A DNA stretch of 49,751 nt, the filler included, from Catajapyx aquilonaris (taxonomy: Eukaryota), in the NCBI GenBank assembly GCA_000934665.2. It is 2 parts of 2 records of this genome, joined end to end, with 100 filler letters (N's around TTAATTAATTAA, not from the genome) between each part and the next. Parts side by side here need not be neighbours in the genome. Positions count along the whole stretch, not along the records: positions 24,981 to 49,751 come from JYFJ02005465.1; 1 more part is not named here. The stretch is one strand, 5' to 3'. A model generated the notes under the pieces. The model did not search any database. It worked only from the letters and a program-made list of their open reading frames with translations, and was not told where the DNA came from. Positions 39,201-49,751 of this stretch are shown here, one piece after another (positions within the stretch are counted from its first letter, which is position 1; the number at the start of each line of letters is the position of its first letter). Position numbers and translations under genes: made by a program.

Positions 39201-42200
39201 CCCAACAGGGGGAAAGGCAGTAAAACCGCTGGATTTACTCCAGAGTATGCATCATGTTTTCATGGTGGGAGAATGACATTTCCAAGCACCCGCGATACAG
39301 GGTGTACCGCAAATGTCACATTTTCATGTCATGCGCATTTTTGTACGTTACAATAATTATGTCATACCCATTTTTTGGATGTCACATTCTCATGTCACGC
39401 GCATTTGTTGTAACATACAAAAAATGCGTATGACATAAAAATGTGACATCCAAAAATGGGTATGACATATTGTAACATACAAAAATGCCTATGACATGAA
39501 AATGTGACATACAACAAATGGGCAGGCCTCTGACATATTGTGGCATACAAAAGTGCGTATGACATATTGTAACATACAAAAAATGCCTATGACATCAAAA
39601 TGTGACATTTGCGGTACATCCTGTATCGCGGGGCTTGGAAATGTCATTCTCCCACTATGAAAACTTGATTCATACTCTGGAGTAAATCCAGCGGTTTTAC
39701 TGCCTTTCCCCCTGTTGGGTTGGTATGTTGTACCTAACCAAGCTTTGAACCGCTCCGAACCCATCCGAACCCCTGTGAACCCCTCTGAACCCGCTCCGAA
39801 CCCGCTCCTGAACCCGTTGGCCTGAACCGAACTCCGAACCCGCACCGACACTGGCTCCTGAACCGGCTTGAACCCATACCCCGTTCCGACGCTCGCTCCG
39901 AAGTCCGAACCCGACTCTACTGCTCCGGAGCTGGTTCAATGTTATCGGGTTCACGGGTTCAGGGTTCGGTTCGGTTCACAACCCTGGTTTTATTGTGTTT
40001 TTTGGGGTTTGGGGGGGGGGGGTTCTGGCAATTTNGGGGGTTCTGGCAATTTTATGTTCGTGTTATCACTGCGTAATGTCCACTTACTCGGGAGAACCAA
40101 TGGCTGTGCAAGATGCGAGGGAATTCCCCACTGATGCAGTTCGAATTTTCACATTGGATCTGGGATGGGAGACTGCCAGATGGGAGAGTGTTCAGAGAAT
40201 CAGAGTTCAACAGACTCAACAGTATGAATACTTAAAAATTATCAACATTAGGATGAAAAACTGAAAAAGCCAAGGTGGATTTTTACTTTTTAGTGGGTTT
40301 TATACAGGGTGTTCGTGAACCGACCAGTCAGACCTGTACCTGTGGCTCCATTGACACCAGAGGATCATGTTATGTAGAGGAGTCATTATGTCTGGGCAGC
40401 CTCATTACTGATGAGATAATTGATAATTTGCGATTTAGCGATTGGGCCTAAGAGTGATTGTCACAGATTGTCACATTGGATTGTCACAGATCACATGCGA
40501 CATGCAGTACACATGCGACATGCTAGTAGCCAAATGGAACAGCTGCTATTTTCACCCGTGATGCGATTTCGGGGCTGAAGGTTTCCATACCTCCCAGGAT
40601 ACTTTGTACCAATTTGTACTTGTACTTTGAAGGCAATTATCTCAGTAATGAGGCTGCCCAGACATAATGACTCCTCTACATAACATGATCCTCTGGTGTC
40701 AATGGAGCCACGGGTACAGATCTGACTGGTCGGTTCACGAACACCCTGTATAAGGTGGGGGTTTTTTTTTGGGGGGGGGGGGGTGTCGGGCCCACCTGTA
40801 ACAACCCTGGTTGGAAACCACTGCATTAACCCTTTTAGGCATACGAGCAACATAATTATGATGTCCTGCTGGTTTTTGAACTGGGCGCGTTAGAGTTTAG
40901 ACAGAAATGGCCAAGGAAATGGCGCAGTTTAAGGCTCATGCTGCTCACACCTCGTGGAATGGGGCTCAACTACCATGGCGTATGCTCATCAGTTTTTCCG
41001 CCTCCCAGCGTGAGCTAAAAATCGTCAGAACAGGGTGGCCCATAAGTCTGGACTCTTAGGGATTTCTCATAGTACAGTGTTTTAGTATTATTATGTAACC
41101 ATAGTAACAATTTTATAATAGTGACTTTAAAATTTTAAATTAATTTAATTCAGTTTAAAGTTAATTGCACTTCAATTTCTTTCTGAAACACCCTATATAT
41201 GAATTTTTTCGGCATTCTACATTCAAAAGGACCACCACGAGCGACCACGAGTTAAAATTATAAATATTGGATCATTTTGTTTTTCATTAACCCCTTCGCT
41301 ACCAGATAGAACCACACAGATTTCGGCTTACGCGTACTCCGAAGATACTGACAAGATATTTTACAAATAATAACAGCTATACTTACCAGATCTGGGAAAA
41401 CGTTGTGAATGTGTCTGGAACAATTTTACTCGTCTAGAAGTCCCGGAATTAATTTCCAAAAAAGGGCTATAAAAACTCGAAATTGGAGTACTGCCGACCA
41501 ACTGTTAGGCGGATTTAATTATGAAATGCGTGAAAATGTGCGGAATAACAACCTTGAGAACCATGCCAGAAAAATTTGCTGAAATTGTCGTACTTTGCGA
41601 GAAATAAATTAGTACTTATTTGCGGCTTCGCTGGCAAACTCGGAAACCTCGGAAAACTCCCAAATTTATTTGCTTCTCATGAAGTACGACCAATGCAGAA
41701 AATCATCTCATACTCATTTGGGAGTTTTCCTAAGTGCCAGAAAGCCGCAAATTAAGTATTAATTTATTTCTCGCAAAGTACGACGATTTCAGCAAATTCA
41801 TCTGGCATGGTTCTCAAGGTGGTTATTCCGTATATTTTCACGCAATTCATAATTAAAACCGCATAACAGTTGGTCGGCAGTATTCCAATTTCGAGTTTTT
41901 ATAGCCCTTTTTTGGAAATTAATTCCGGGACTTCTAGACGAGTAAAATTGTTCCAGACACATTCACAACGTTTTCCTAGATCTGGTAAGTATAGCTGTTA
42001 TTATTTGTAAAATTTCTTGTCGGTATCTTCGGAGTACGCGTAAGCTGAAATATGTGTGGTTCGGGCCTATCTGGTAGCGAAGGGGTTAATCTCACTTCTA
42101 CTGTATATATTTTTTTTCAAGAAATGAAAAAAAAAATGCCCAAAAAACTCCGCCGTAAAAGGGTTAATGGGCGTATGATTTTCTATTTCAGTGATCTTGG

Positions 42201-42931
42201 ATACCCTCTGCAAAGAATTCCTGGGTAAGAACGTGTCGACCATCTTGTACCTGACCAATTATGAGAAATACGGGCGTGAAACAGCATCAGCGCAGTACTT
42301 CCTCAAACTGACTTCCTACCTGGGAATTCCTGTCATATCTTGGAATGCGGACAATTCTGGACTGGAAAAGGTTAGATGAATACATCAGGATTATGCATGT
42401 CAATGTCAAGTTAGTGTGTAATACTGCATTTTACAGACATACAATAAATCGTCTTATTATACAGTATAATGCTAGGATGAGAATGGATGCCCTTGTGCAC
42501 TAATTTGGCACACAATATTTTTGTTTGAAAAAATGCATTGTTGAAGTACAGTACATCACCCTTCAGAAAGGGGGGAGGGGAGTGAAACCCACAGGCTTTG
42601 AGTGCGGACAGAGTACAGAGACCATCCGTACAGTTGCACTTGCCATAGTCGCTCAAAGAGATTCAATGAATGAGCTGGGGTAAACATGAACCACCAACTC
42701 CAGCTTACATGACAAGTCAGAATGAGTGAGTGCCCTTGGCTAAGAGAGATTTACGGCAACAAATAGTAAACTAAAACAGAGTGACGGCACACGACGCGAC
42801 GTCTCAATCGAGATTGTGATGGAGATTTATTTTTTTTTGTCTATAGTTGTCTGGTATGATGTTTTCTGGAAAAGTAGCTTTTTGGAATGTCACCTTGTAA
42901 GTTACGTGTATTAACATTTTTATGAACTTCC

Positions 42932-42962
<31 letters not shown>

Positions 42963-43194
42963 ATTATTATTATTATTACAGAGGTTCGTTAGGGCTGCGG
43001 CCGGCAGGCTAATTATTTCAGAAGTGCTTCCACAAAAATAATTTAATTATAAGAAAAATATTCATTATGTAAATTAAAATTTTGTGTTGACCTTAAAGTC
43101 ACCTCATGTATTTAATTGCAGGTAGGTCAAGCATACACTACTGTTACTTAGAGATCAGCCTTTACAAACAAGTAATACTTTTCAGTACCGGTAC

Positions 43195-43233
<39 letters not shown>

Positions 43234-46200
43234 TGTTTATTATCTCACCCTGGGCCAATTAGCTGTGTGGGCGGGGGATTCTCCCTTTACAGCATCCAAA
43301 TTAATATCACAAAATTTGAGTTTTACACTTACAGGACAAAAAAAATTGAATAGTTGGTACAGTCGAAATTCTGGGATGTTTACAAAAATAAAAAATATGT
43401 CCTGCGGTGGCATTTGCGGAAATTTTTTAAGGAAAAATGATTTCTCGTTCCGGAAAAATTGGCAATCATACAGAACAGTTTCTCTTAGATAGTCTTCATC
43501 TTTAATATTATTGCATAATTTCTATATCTGGAGGACGCATGCAGATCTTCAAGGTCTTTTTGTATAGATCCATCTATCAGGGTTCTCATTAGTGAAAAGA
43601 AATATGTCGTCGGATCAGATATCAGGTAATGAGCCAAGGCGACAATTTTGTTTTTCAAGTGACAGCAGATATCGCATACTTATTGCCGCAAAGTTTTTAC
43701 TATTTTTGTTACCAGGAATCTCCTTGATAAGTTTATTCAAAAAGTTAAGTGTAATTTTGAGTACTTTTACAATAAGAGGCCTTCTTCCGGTTTCTAATCT
43801 CACAAAGTACCCCGCTGAATACAGTGGGACAATACCGGTGTATTAATTACAGTACACAGCTTCAAAGTTCCTCCCTGCACAGTCCTTTCCCTCCAGTTAT
43901 AATCCACTTGTCCTAGAAACCGCGACCACTCGGCACTGGAGCAAACACAGAAGATTTACGACTTCATCTGACCTCATGTCACAGGGTAACGGTGAGGGCT
44001 AAGCAGTATGGAGCAGGACCTGGTCGATATGTCCGCGATGCACACTCAATGGAATACTTTTAAAAAACAGTAATGACTATGTAAAGTAGATTTGCAAGGA
44101 AGTTCAATCGAATTCCACTTTCATGGTTTCAGTCATATTTCTAATGGTCATTACACACACAAAATCTTTGCATTTTTCCCTCCCACATTTAGGTTTATTA
44201 CATTTGATGACGAGAATACGTCTGCAAGAGATTGTAATATTTCCAACACCCAAATGGCCGTGACTGCTGATCTTTGCTCTTCTGATGACTGCTAGCTCGC
44301 TGTCATCTTTCTGTCTAATACTCTACATAAAATACTAAATACCAATCTCTCACCGAGTGAGGAAGTAAATTGCACTTTTTAACGTGGGTCATTAAGCCTA
44401 TAGATTTAAATTTTAAGTTCAGAAAATTATCGCACGCATGATTGCCTCTGTTCGCAGTTAATTTCGATTTGGTATCAAAATGAAAACTGGTAATATTTTC
44501 CAGCTGGTTATATGTTACAGTAACTTATATTTTATTTTCCCCGAGTAGTTATTCATACAAAGACCCTATGCGTGCAGGATCACATTCAAAAGACTTTGCA
44601 ATACTATGGAATTGGTTGCCGATATTTCGAATAACAGACGCATCTAGTGAAAGGGAGAGGGTTGCATTTGGATACTTTTGAGATAAGACGCCCACGTTTC
44701 TGCTGTATAAATGCCGACAGGGAATTTTCTAAAGCAATATTATACCATACCCTTGCTGCTTTGCGGACGCAATCTGTCCCACAAAAACTCTCAGTGAAAA
44801 GAAAATCCATAAAACCTATTGAAAATCCTATGGCTTGTAATTATAAATGGGAAAAATTATAATACGTTCATGGACGCCCAAAAATAGGCAATTTTCCCTC
44901 TAAAAGGCAAAAAAAAGGCCAAAGAGAGCAGGGATTCAATGCATACTTTGATAAGGGGTAATTTAGTGTCTTGAGAAGAGTAACGCAGACTTCAACCGAA
45001 AAAGATTGACAAAGAGAGATACGGTAGTTGTGTATATTCGTCCGTATTGTCAGCGAGTATTAAACCCTTTGCTTTCCGAAGGAATAATGTACGGTATACT
45101 TGTTCTCTAAAGAACGTAGTCCATGACGTAATAAAACGAGTACAGTACAGAGGATATACTGTACGTACTAAATTTTCCGTTACCTTATATTAGCGCGAAA
45201 ATCAGTAGAGAGTGAATAAAATATATTTCTTAGTAATGTACTGGCATAAGTGTACACAGAATTTATCTCATATGTCACGTAATTTGAGCGATCATCTTGG
45301 CATGAGCAAAAGAAATAGTAGGCCTACTTAGGCGTGTTACATACTGTGCACTTGTACCAAAGAGAGTTTCGGGGAAAAGTTATAGAAAACGCAGACTACT
45401 GAAGCGTCTATAGAGGCTATAGCAATGATGCAATTAGGGTGCAAAAATAGATTTACTAGGCATAGGTGAGTTATACTTGTAAGTGTATTTTGAGACACAC
45501 TGTATAGTGTACTGTAGAGCCTATAACTTATGAAATCTAGAAAATAGCTGTCGCCATTTCTATTATATCGGGCGGGTAGCATACGGCACGAGTATAGTGT
45601 CGCAATACACTATAATACTTTCAACTACTTACATAATTATAAGCTACTGTAATCGACAACCCAACATAAACGACGATGACATAAACGCATGGTGGACTTT
45701 GTTAGGGGGCTTTCTATATACTCACGTTCCAATCAAGATAAGGTGGAAGGCGATGTGTCTAAAGGATGCAACAAGTGTTCATCGTCGTCTAAGTCGTTTT
45801 CGATTGGTTTCTCGACATTTCTTACCCCCTACATTTTAGACTTGCATTATGCAAACAAGTACCCTGCCGAAGGGATATTGACCTCGAGTCCGGACTCACC
45901 CTGTACACAAAGTCATAGATTAATAGTTGAATATACGTGAAAGCGGAACAAAAACTAATTTTGTATTTTAAAAATTGTTTAGTGTTCCATCCAATTTCTA
46001 CATGCATAGTTTCTAGACCGATTTATTCGCTGTCCGAATGAGAGATGCCTCTGTTCTCCCGCTAGCTGGGATTGTAAAGCAAAGAAACCATCTATTTTTA
46101 GAAGAAACACGGATACATGACAGCTCACTCAATCCCCAGCTCATTCTTCCTTCCGTCGTGACGAGGAAAATTCGAAACGAACGACGCTGATGGAATGACT

Positions 46201-47412
46201 AAAAGTGCGACTTACAGACGTCACGTTGTCATTACCGTGTCGCATTTCACAGTGAGCGACAGAGAATGGAACCAGTTTGCAATATCCCTCTCGTTCGCCG
46301 ACGACTTCTATTTATGTACTATGGGGCTCAAATTGTTTTGGCCACTTTATCCGGGTCTTGATGAGCAACCCTTCACACACATACACACACCTGCTCAACG
46401 TGGGGCCTGTGCGAAGGGTTGCTTCAAGACCAGGATAAAGTGGTCAAAACAATTTGAGCCACGTAGTAGCCTACTAGCAGGATACCCGGCGTTGGCCGGG
46501 TTATAAAATACTTTTCCATTTGAGTAACTCATTGATTTTGTTGTTACTGAAACGTGCCGTGACTTGAGCCTTAAGGAATGTTGTCCCCAGTCTTTAGGCT
46601 ACAGCCTAAAACCGGTTGGTATTTAAAGCACCAGCTTGAACCCTGGGCCTGCCCCGAGGCCGCGTAGCTGGACCGTGCCACCGTGTCTAGGATAAAAATG
46701 GAATAAGAGCGAATCATGGCCAAAGAAACCGTTGATGGAAATAACAGGCGTTCGATTTGGAAGGGGTTCTGAGAGATGGCGAGCCGGAAGTAACAATCGC
46801 TGCTTTGGCTGGTTTGGGAAGTAGCTATAATAGAACTGTTGGTGATGAGGGTATTAGCCGCGTGATAAACGTGATGGGACCTTATAGGGTCGTGGTATTT
46901 CGCCTCCTGCGGCCAAGGGTGACCTCGGAGGTCAAGTCCTATGTGCTAAAAACCTTCCCCGTTAAAAACTACCCCTAATGATCACCCTGGGGCATACGTC
47001 GAGGTCTCCGTATTGATTTGCATAGGGAACATACGTTGTGAAATATGTATTCGATACACAGAATACTCATTTTATAATGTAAGTATCATACACAAAATTT
47101 TATATGCTTATTATTTGCAAGTGTATATTTAAAACTGAAAATAATGGTAGTCCTGCTATTCGTAAGATCGTGAGGCACCATGATGTCCATTACTATAGGT
47201 CATAAGTCCATGACATTTTTTTGACAGGCTTCTACTGGAAGCATGCAAGTGCAGCTGGCTCCTTCAATTGAACATCAGACTGCAGCTATGTTGAGTATAT
47301 TGGTACGCTATTCTTGGCACCAATTCTCAATCGTGACCAGCCAAATTGCAGGTTATGACGAGTTTGTCCAGGCGGTACGAGATGGAATTTTTCAGCTACA
47401 AGCAACATTCAA
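27285..47412 (+). CDS. Nmdar2: NMDA receptor subunit 2 (GluN2/Nmdar2-like), 5' part of the amino-terminal domain; continues beyond the window
   Basis: Exons 27285-27546 (signal-peptide-like start, [19 protein letters not shown]), 42192-42370 ([37 protein letters not shown]) and 47228-47412 ([40 protein letters not shown]; not in the ORF track). GT-AG, compatible phases. Confidence 0.9.
30232..30504. repeat. Long imperfect inverted repeat (hairpin)
   Basis: AGGGGTTGCCTA.GGAGCAGGATATGAGCGTGATAAT (30306-30342) is inverted at ~30388-30423. Outer arms CAGGCGGCAACACACAC / GTGTGTGTTGCCGCCTG. Confidence 0.8.
36709..37127. mobile_element. Tc1/mariner-type MITE
   Basis: TA|CAGGGTGTAT...ATACACCCTG|TA with ~100-bp inverted arms. 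Confidence 0.88.
37737..38206. mobile_element. TA-flanked MITE (pogo/Tc1-mariner-like)
   Basis: TA|CCGTC.AA.GGGGTGAACTTGG ... CCAAGTTCACCC..GTCACCCAATTTGACGG|TA. Confidence 0.65.
38977..39986. mobile_element. Palindromic hAT-type MITE (third layer)
   Basis: CAGGGTTGTGAACCGAACCGAACC termini, arms inverted over >300 bp with GAACC repeats, 8-bp TSD GTTTTATT. Confidence 0.88.
39298..39623. mobile_element. Tc1/mariner-type MITE at the palindrome axis (fourth layer)
   Basis: TA|CAGGGTGTACCGCAAATGTCACA ... TGTGACATTTGCGGTACATCCTG|TA, with internal TGACAT-rich repeats. Confidence 0.72.
40305..40748. mobile_element. Tc1/mariner-type MITE
   Basis: TA|CAGGGTGTTCGTGAACC...GGTTCACGAACACCCTG|TA with ~105-bp TIRs. 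Shares GGAGTCATTATGTCTGG with 36709-37127. Confidence 0.88.
40830..42163. mobile_element. piggyBac-type MITE (host)
   Basis: TTAA|CCCTTTTAGGC ... GCCGTAAAAGGG|TTAA. Confidence 0.6.
41291..42085. mobile_element. piggyBac-type MITE with long TIRs
   Basis: TTAA|CCCCTTCGCTACCAGATAG ... CTATCTGGTAGCGAAGGGG|TTAA, arms inverted over >300 bp. Confidence 0.9.
42932..42977. repeat. (GTT)n-(ATT)n compound microsatellite
   Basis: Read directly from the sequence. Confidence 0.9.
43194..43233. repeat. (AAT)n microsatellite
   Basis: Read directly from the sequence. Confidence 0.9.
46319..46466. mobile_element. Short TA-flanked hairpin MITE
   Basis: GGCTCAAATTGTTTTG.CCACTTTATCC.GGTCTTGA is inverted at ~46424-46460, with TA on both sides. 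Confidence 0.75.
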
Positions 47413-47491
47413 GTGAGTATAAACATAGTCTTAGTGGCGTTTTTTATAGCATGCAAGATTTTTTTAAACATTTCTTGTGGTCACTGATAAT

Positions 47492-48146
47492 TAGAGTTCG
47501 CATTTTTAGGCAAATGCCTATTTAGTTCCGTAACAGTTAGGATGGTTTTATGAACAGATCTATCCGTTTCTTAAGGGCAATGTAGGTTTTATAGGCCTAA
47601 AATGCCATATTTCGTGGTTTTGGGAACTATTATGCCTATTATGCCTTTTTGCGACTTTTCATGCCTATTTGGCCTTTTTTGGGATAGTTTTTGACCTTTC
47701 TGAAGGAATTTCGGGACTTTTTGGGCCTATTTCTTCAGAGGCATGTTTGGTTTTTTTCCGGAGTATTTTTTGTGCTCCTGAAAGGACCAAAATCGTTCAG
47801 AAGTAATATACTACCGGTACTAATCATGTTTCTGTAACGTGTATGCCAAATATTGTACAAGTGGAAACTGGCTATAAGCGGTAGAGTCCAGAGCAAGTGC
47901 TACTTGCTTGCACTTTGTGTCTTTTGCGTTTTGCCCGAGTTTCGTGATTTCCTGTCAGTTTATCGTTGTCATTCGGATGTTGCTATGGTTTGTGACCTTA
48001 TTAGACTTTATGCCTATAAAATTATTCTAGCTTTTTATTATCTCTAACATTATCCTCCCGAAAAAGTAAAATTTTTGTGCATATTATTTTGAGGGTTTTT
48101 TCGTGCCTATTTCGGGGTTTATTCGGGCCTAAAAATCCGGACTCTA
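47492..48146. mobile_element. hAT-type MITE
   Basis: TAGAGTTCGCATTTTTAGGC / GCCTAAAAATCCGGACTCTA, 8-bp TSD CTGATAAT. Confidence 0.82.
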
Positions 48147-48879
48147 CTGATAATAATGATACAGTAGGTCTGTATTAGTCTATTGTGTTAAAGGAATGGT
48201 TCAGTGATTTTGCATGTCGGGCTTCAAAAATCAAGCAAAACTTCCTGATTCTGAATATCTGGTCCGTTTTGGTAGCAAATGCACCATAAGCGTAAAATTT
48301 CAAGTCAAAAGTCCATTTTTAAAAAAAATCAGCGGCGAACATGCGTGCTCTCTAGCGGTGAGTAGGGAAGCACCAAAGATCAATAAAGATGGCCGCCCCC
48401 AGGGCCGCATTAAGGTTTTTTGCGCCCCAAGCCCGAAGAAGAAATGCGCCCCCCCCCCCCCACTTGTTTATTTTTAAATTTGAAATGCCAAATTATTTTA
48501 CAATTTTATGTCATTAGGTCACTTGCAGGTGAGTAATAATTATACAATTGAAGGGGTCGGTGCAATACCGCCCTAACCCTCCAAAACCTGATTTTGAGAA
48601 AACTGAAGTTGAAAGTTTGAGATGACCCATAAATCACGTTTTCCATAGGACAATTTTCATATCTCCCCCAATATACAAGGCACTAATAAGGGTCATTTAT
48701 GTGCTATTATGATGATGATGATGCAACACCCACTCTTAGAATGGACAAAATAAGGTGGCCACGCGTGAAAAAAAGGGTTAAGGCAGTATTGCACCCAACT
48801 TGTAATGCGAACTAAATTTTGGTCAAGAACGTATCACAAGCATCACAAGTTAGTTTAGTGGTCATATAAATTATATCAA

Positions 48880-49329
48880 ACTAGCAGGTTACCCAGCGTT
48901 GCCCGGGTATGTTGGGGTGCTGGTAAAGGTAGGGGTACATATACAGTATATTAGGAAGTGTGTTTGTTTGTAAAAATTTCCCGTCCATACACTCGAAACT
49001 CGAGATTCCATCAAGACGATATAAACGTTCACTCCGGCTGCGGTACGATGCTGGGAGGTAAATAGCCATATTTTTAAAAAGGCATTTCCATGGGAATGCA
49101 AAGTGATATATTGTTATTGATGTAAGAAGTGTGAAGATTCGGGAATATGCGTGTTGTGGGAGTTAGGTACATTTTCGGAAGCTGAAACATGCGGCGTTAG
49201 ATTCCTTGGAAAAAGTAACCCCCGATATGCTAATTTAAGGCGGTGTAGGGGCCTTCCCCTGGATTTCTATAAGGGACAAACATCCAAACTCACAAACTCA
49301 CCAACAAACGAACTAAAATATAGATAGAT
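48880..49329 (+). mobile_element. Helitron/Helentron-associated-like non-autonomous repeat
   Basis: Starts ACTAGCAGGTTACCCAGCGTTGCCCGGGT and ends with a CAAA-rich tract and ATAGATAGAT. The same head is at ~46473-46540 (+) and ~26565-26630 (-). The family assignment rests on recalled resemblance only. Confidence 0.5.
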
Positions 49330-49751
49330 CAAAAACTTTCCCTTCAGTAAAAAAAGAGAAGTAAGACCTCCGCGGCGGAATAAAAGTACTGAAACAAGGC
49401 CGGCGCACGTAAGACCTTCACCAATTGATTTAAGCTGTACCATAGGTCTTACTCAAGCAATTACCAATTTACTATTCATGAAATCTCCTTTCTGAAAACA
49501 AATTTGTGGAATGTCTGTCGTACTACTAGTTACTTCTAACTTAGCAGCACCAGTGTAGTGCAATGGTACTGCTATGTTAGCAGTAACTACAGACCTATAG
49601 TTAATAGTAATAGTAGTACGACCAAAATTCCACCCATTAATTTTCCATGAGCCCCTCCATATTAGCGTTTTATGAAATATTAGGAACTTCAATATTAAGC
49701 ACCTTGCGAATTTCTATGCGATTGGTGCGAATTATTGCCATGAAACATTCA

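Larger units (their letters stand above)
38909..40809. mobile_element. hAT-type MITE (second layer)
   Basis: Termini CAGGGTTG / CAACCCTG, 8-bp TSD GTTTGAAA / GTTGGAAA (one mismatch). Confidence 0.7.
38700..40823. mobile_element. hAT-type MITE (outer), expanded by nested insertions
   Basis: TIR CAGTGGTTTCCAACC / GGTTGGAAACCACTG, 8-bp TSD CATTAACC at 38692-38699 and 40824-40831. Confidence 0.85.

Noticed and set aside
39320..39610. CRISPR-like repeat array
   Set aside because: Irregular TGACAT-rich internal MITE repeats in both orientations, no unique spacers or cas genes, eukaryotic context.
38972..39954. Paired similar ORFs ([17 protein letters not shown]...)
   Set aside because: By-product of the palindromic MITE arms.

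Overview
Eukaryotic, intron-containing genomic DNA, most likely arthropod (inferred from the Nmdar2/KChIP peptides and repeat types). 1.9-18.0 kb: a tandem minus-strand array of six ADP-ribosylhydrolase (ARH3/ADPRHL2-like) paralogs in two structural subfamilies, plus degenerate relics at about 560-955. Four copies have intact spliced frames, one of which has substitutions at catalytic/binding positions. One copy is split by a TTAA-flanked insertion that could be spliced out in frame, and one is a chimeric pseudogene at a tandem-duplication junction. 19.1-21.1 kb: a KChIP-like EF-hand gene (minus). From 27.3 kb to beyond the window end: the 5' exons of an NMDA receptor GluN2/Nmdar2-like gene (plus), whose long introns hold many MITEs, including a deeply nested stack at 38.7-42.2 kb. 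An artificial 100-bp gap linker at 24881-24980 separates the two halves. All exon boundaries and family calls were made by eye; no database searches were run.
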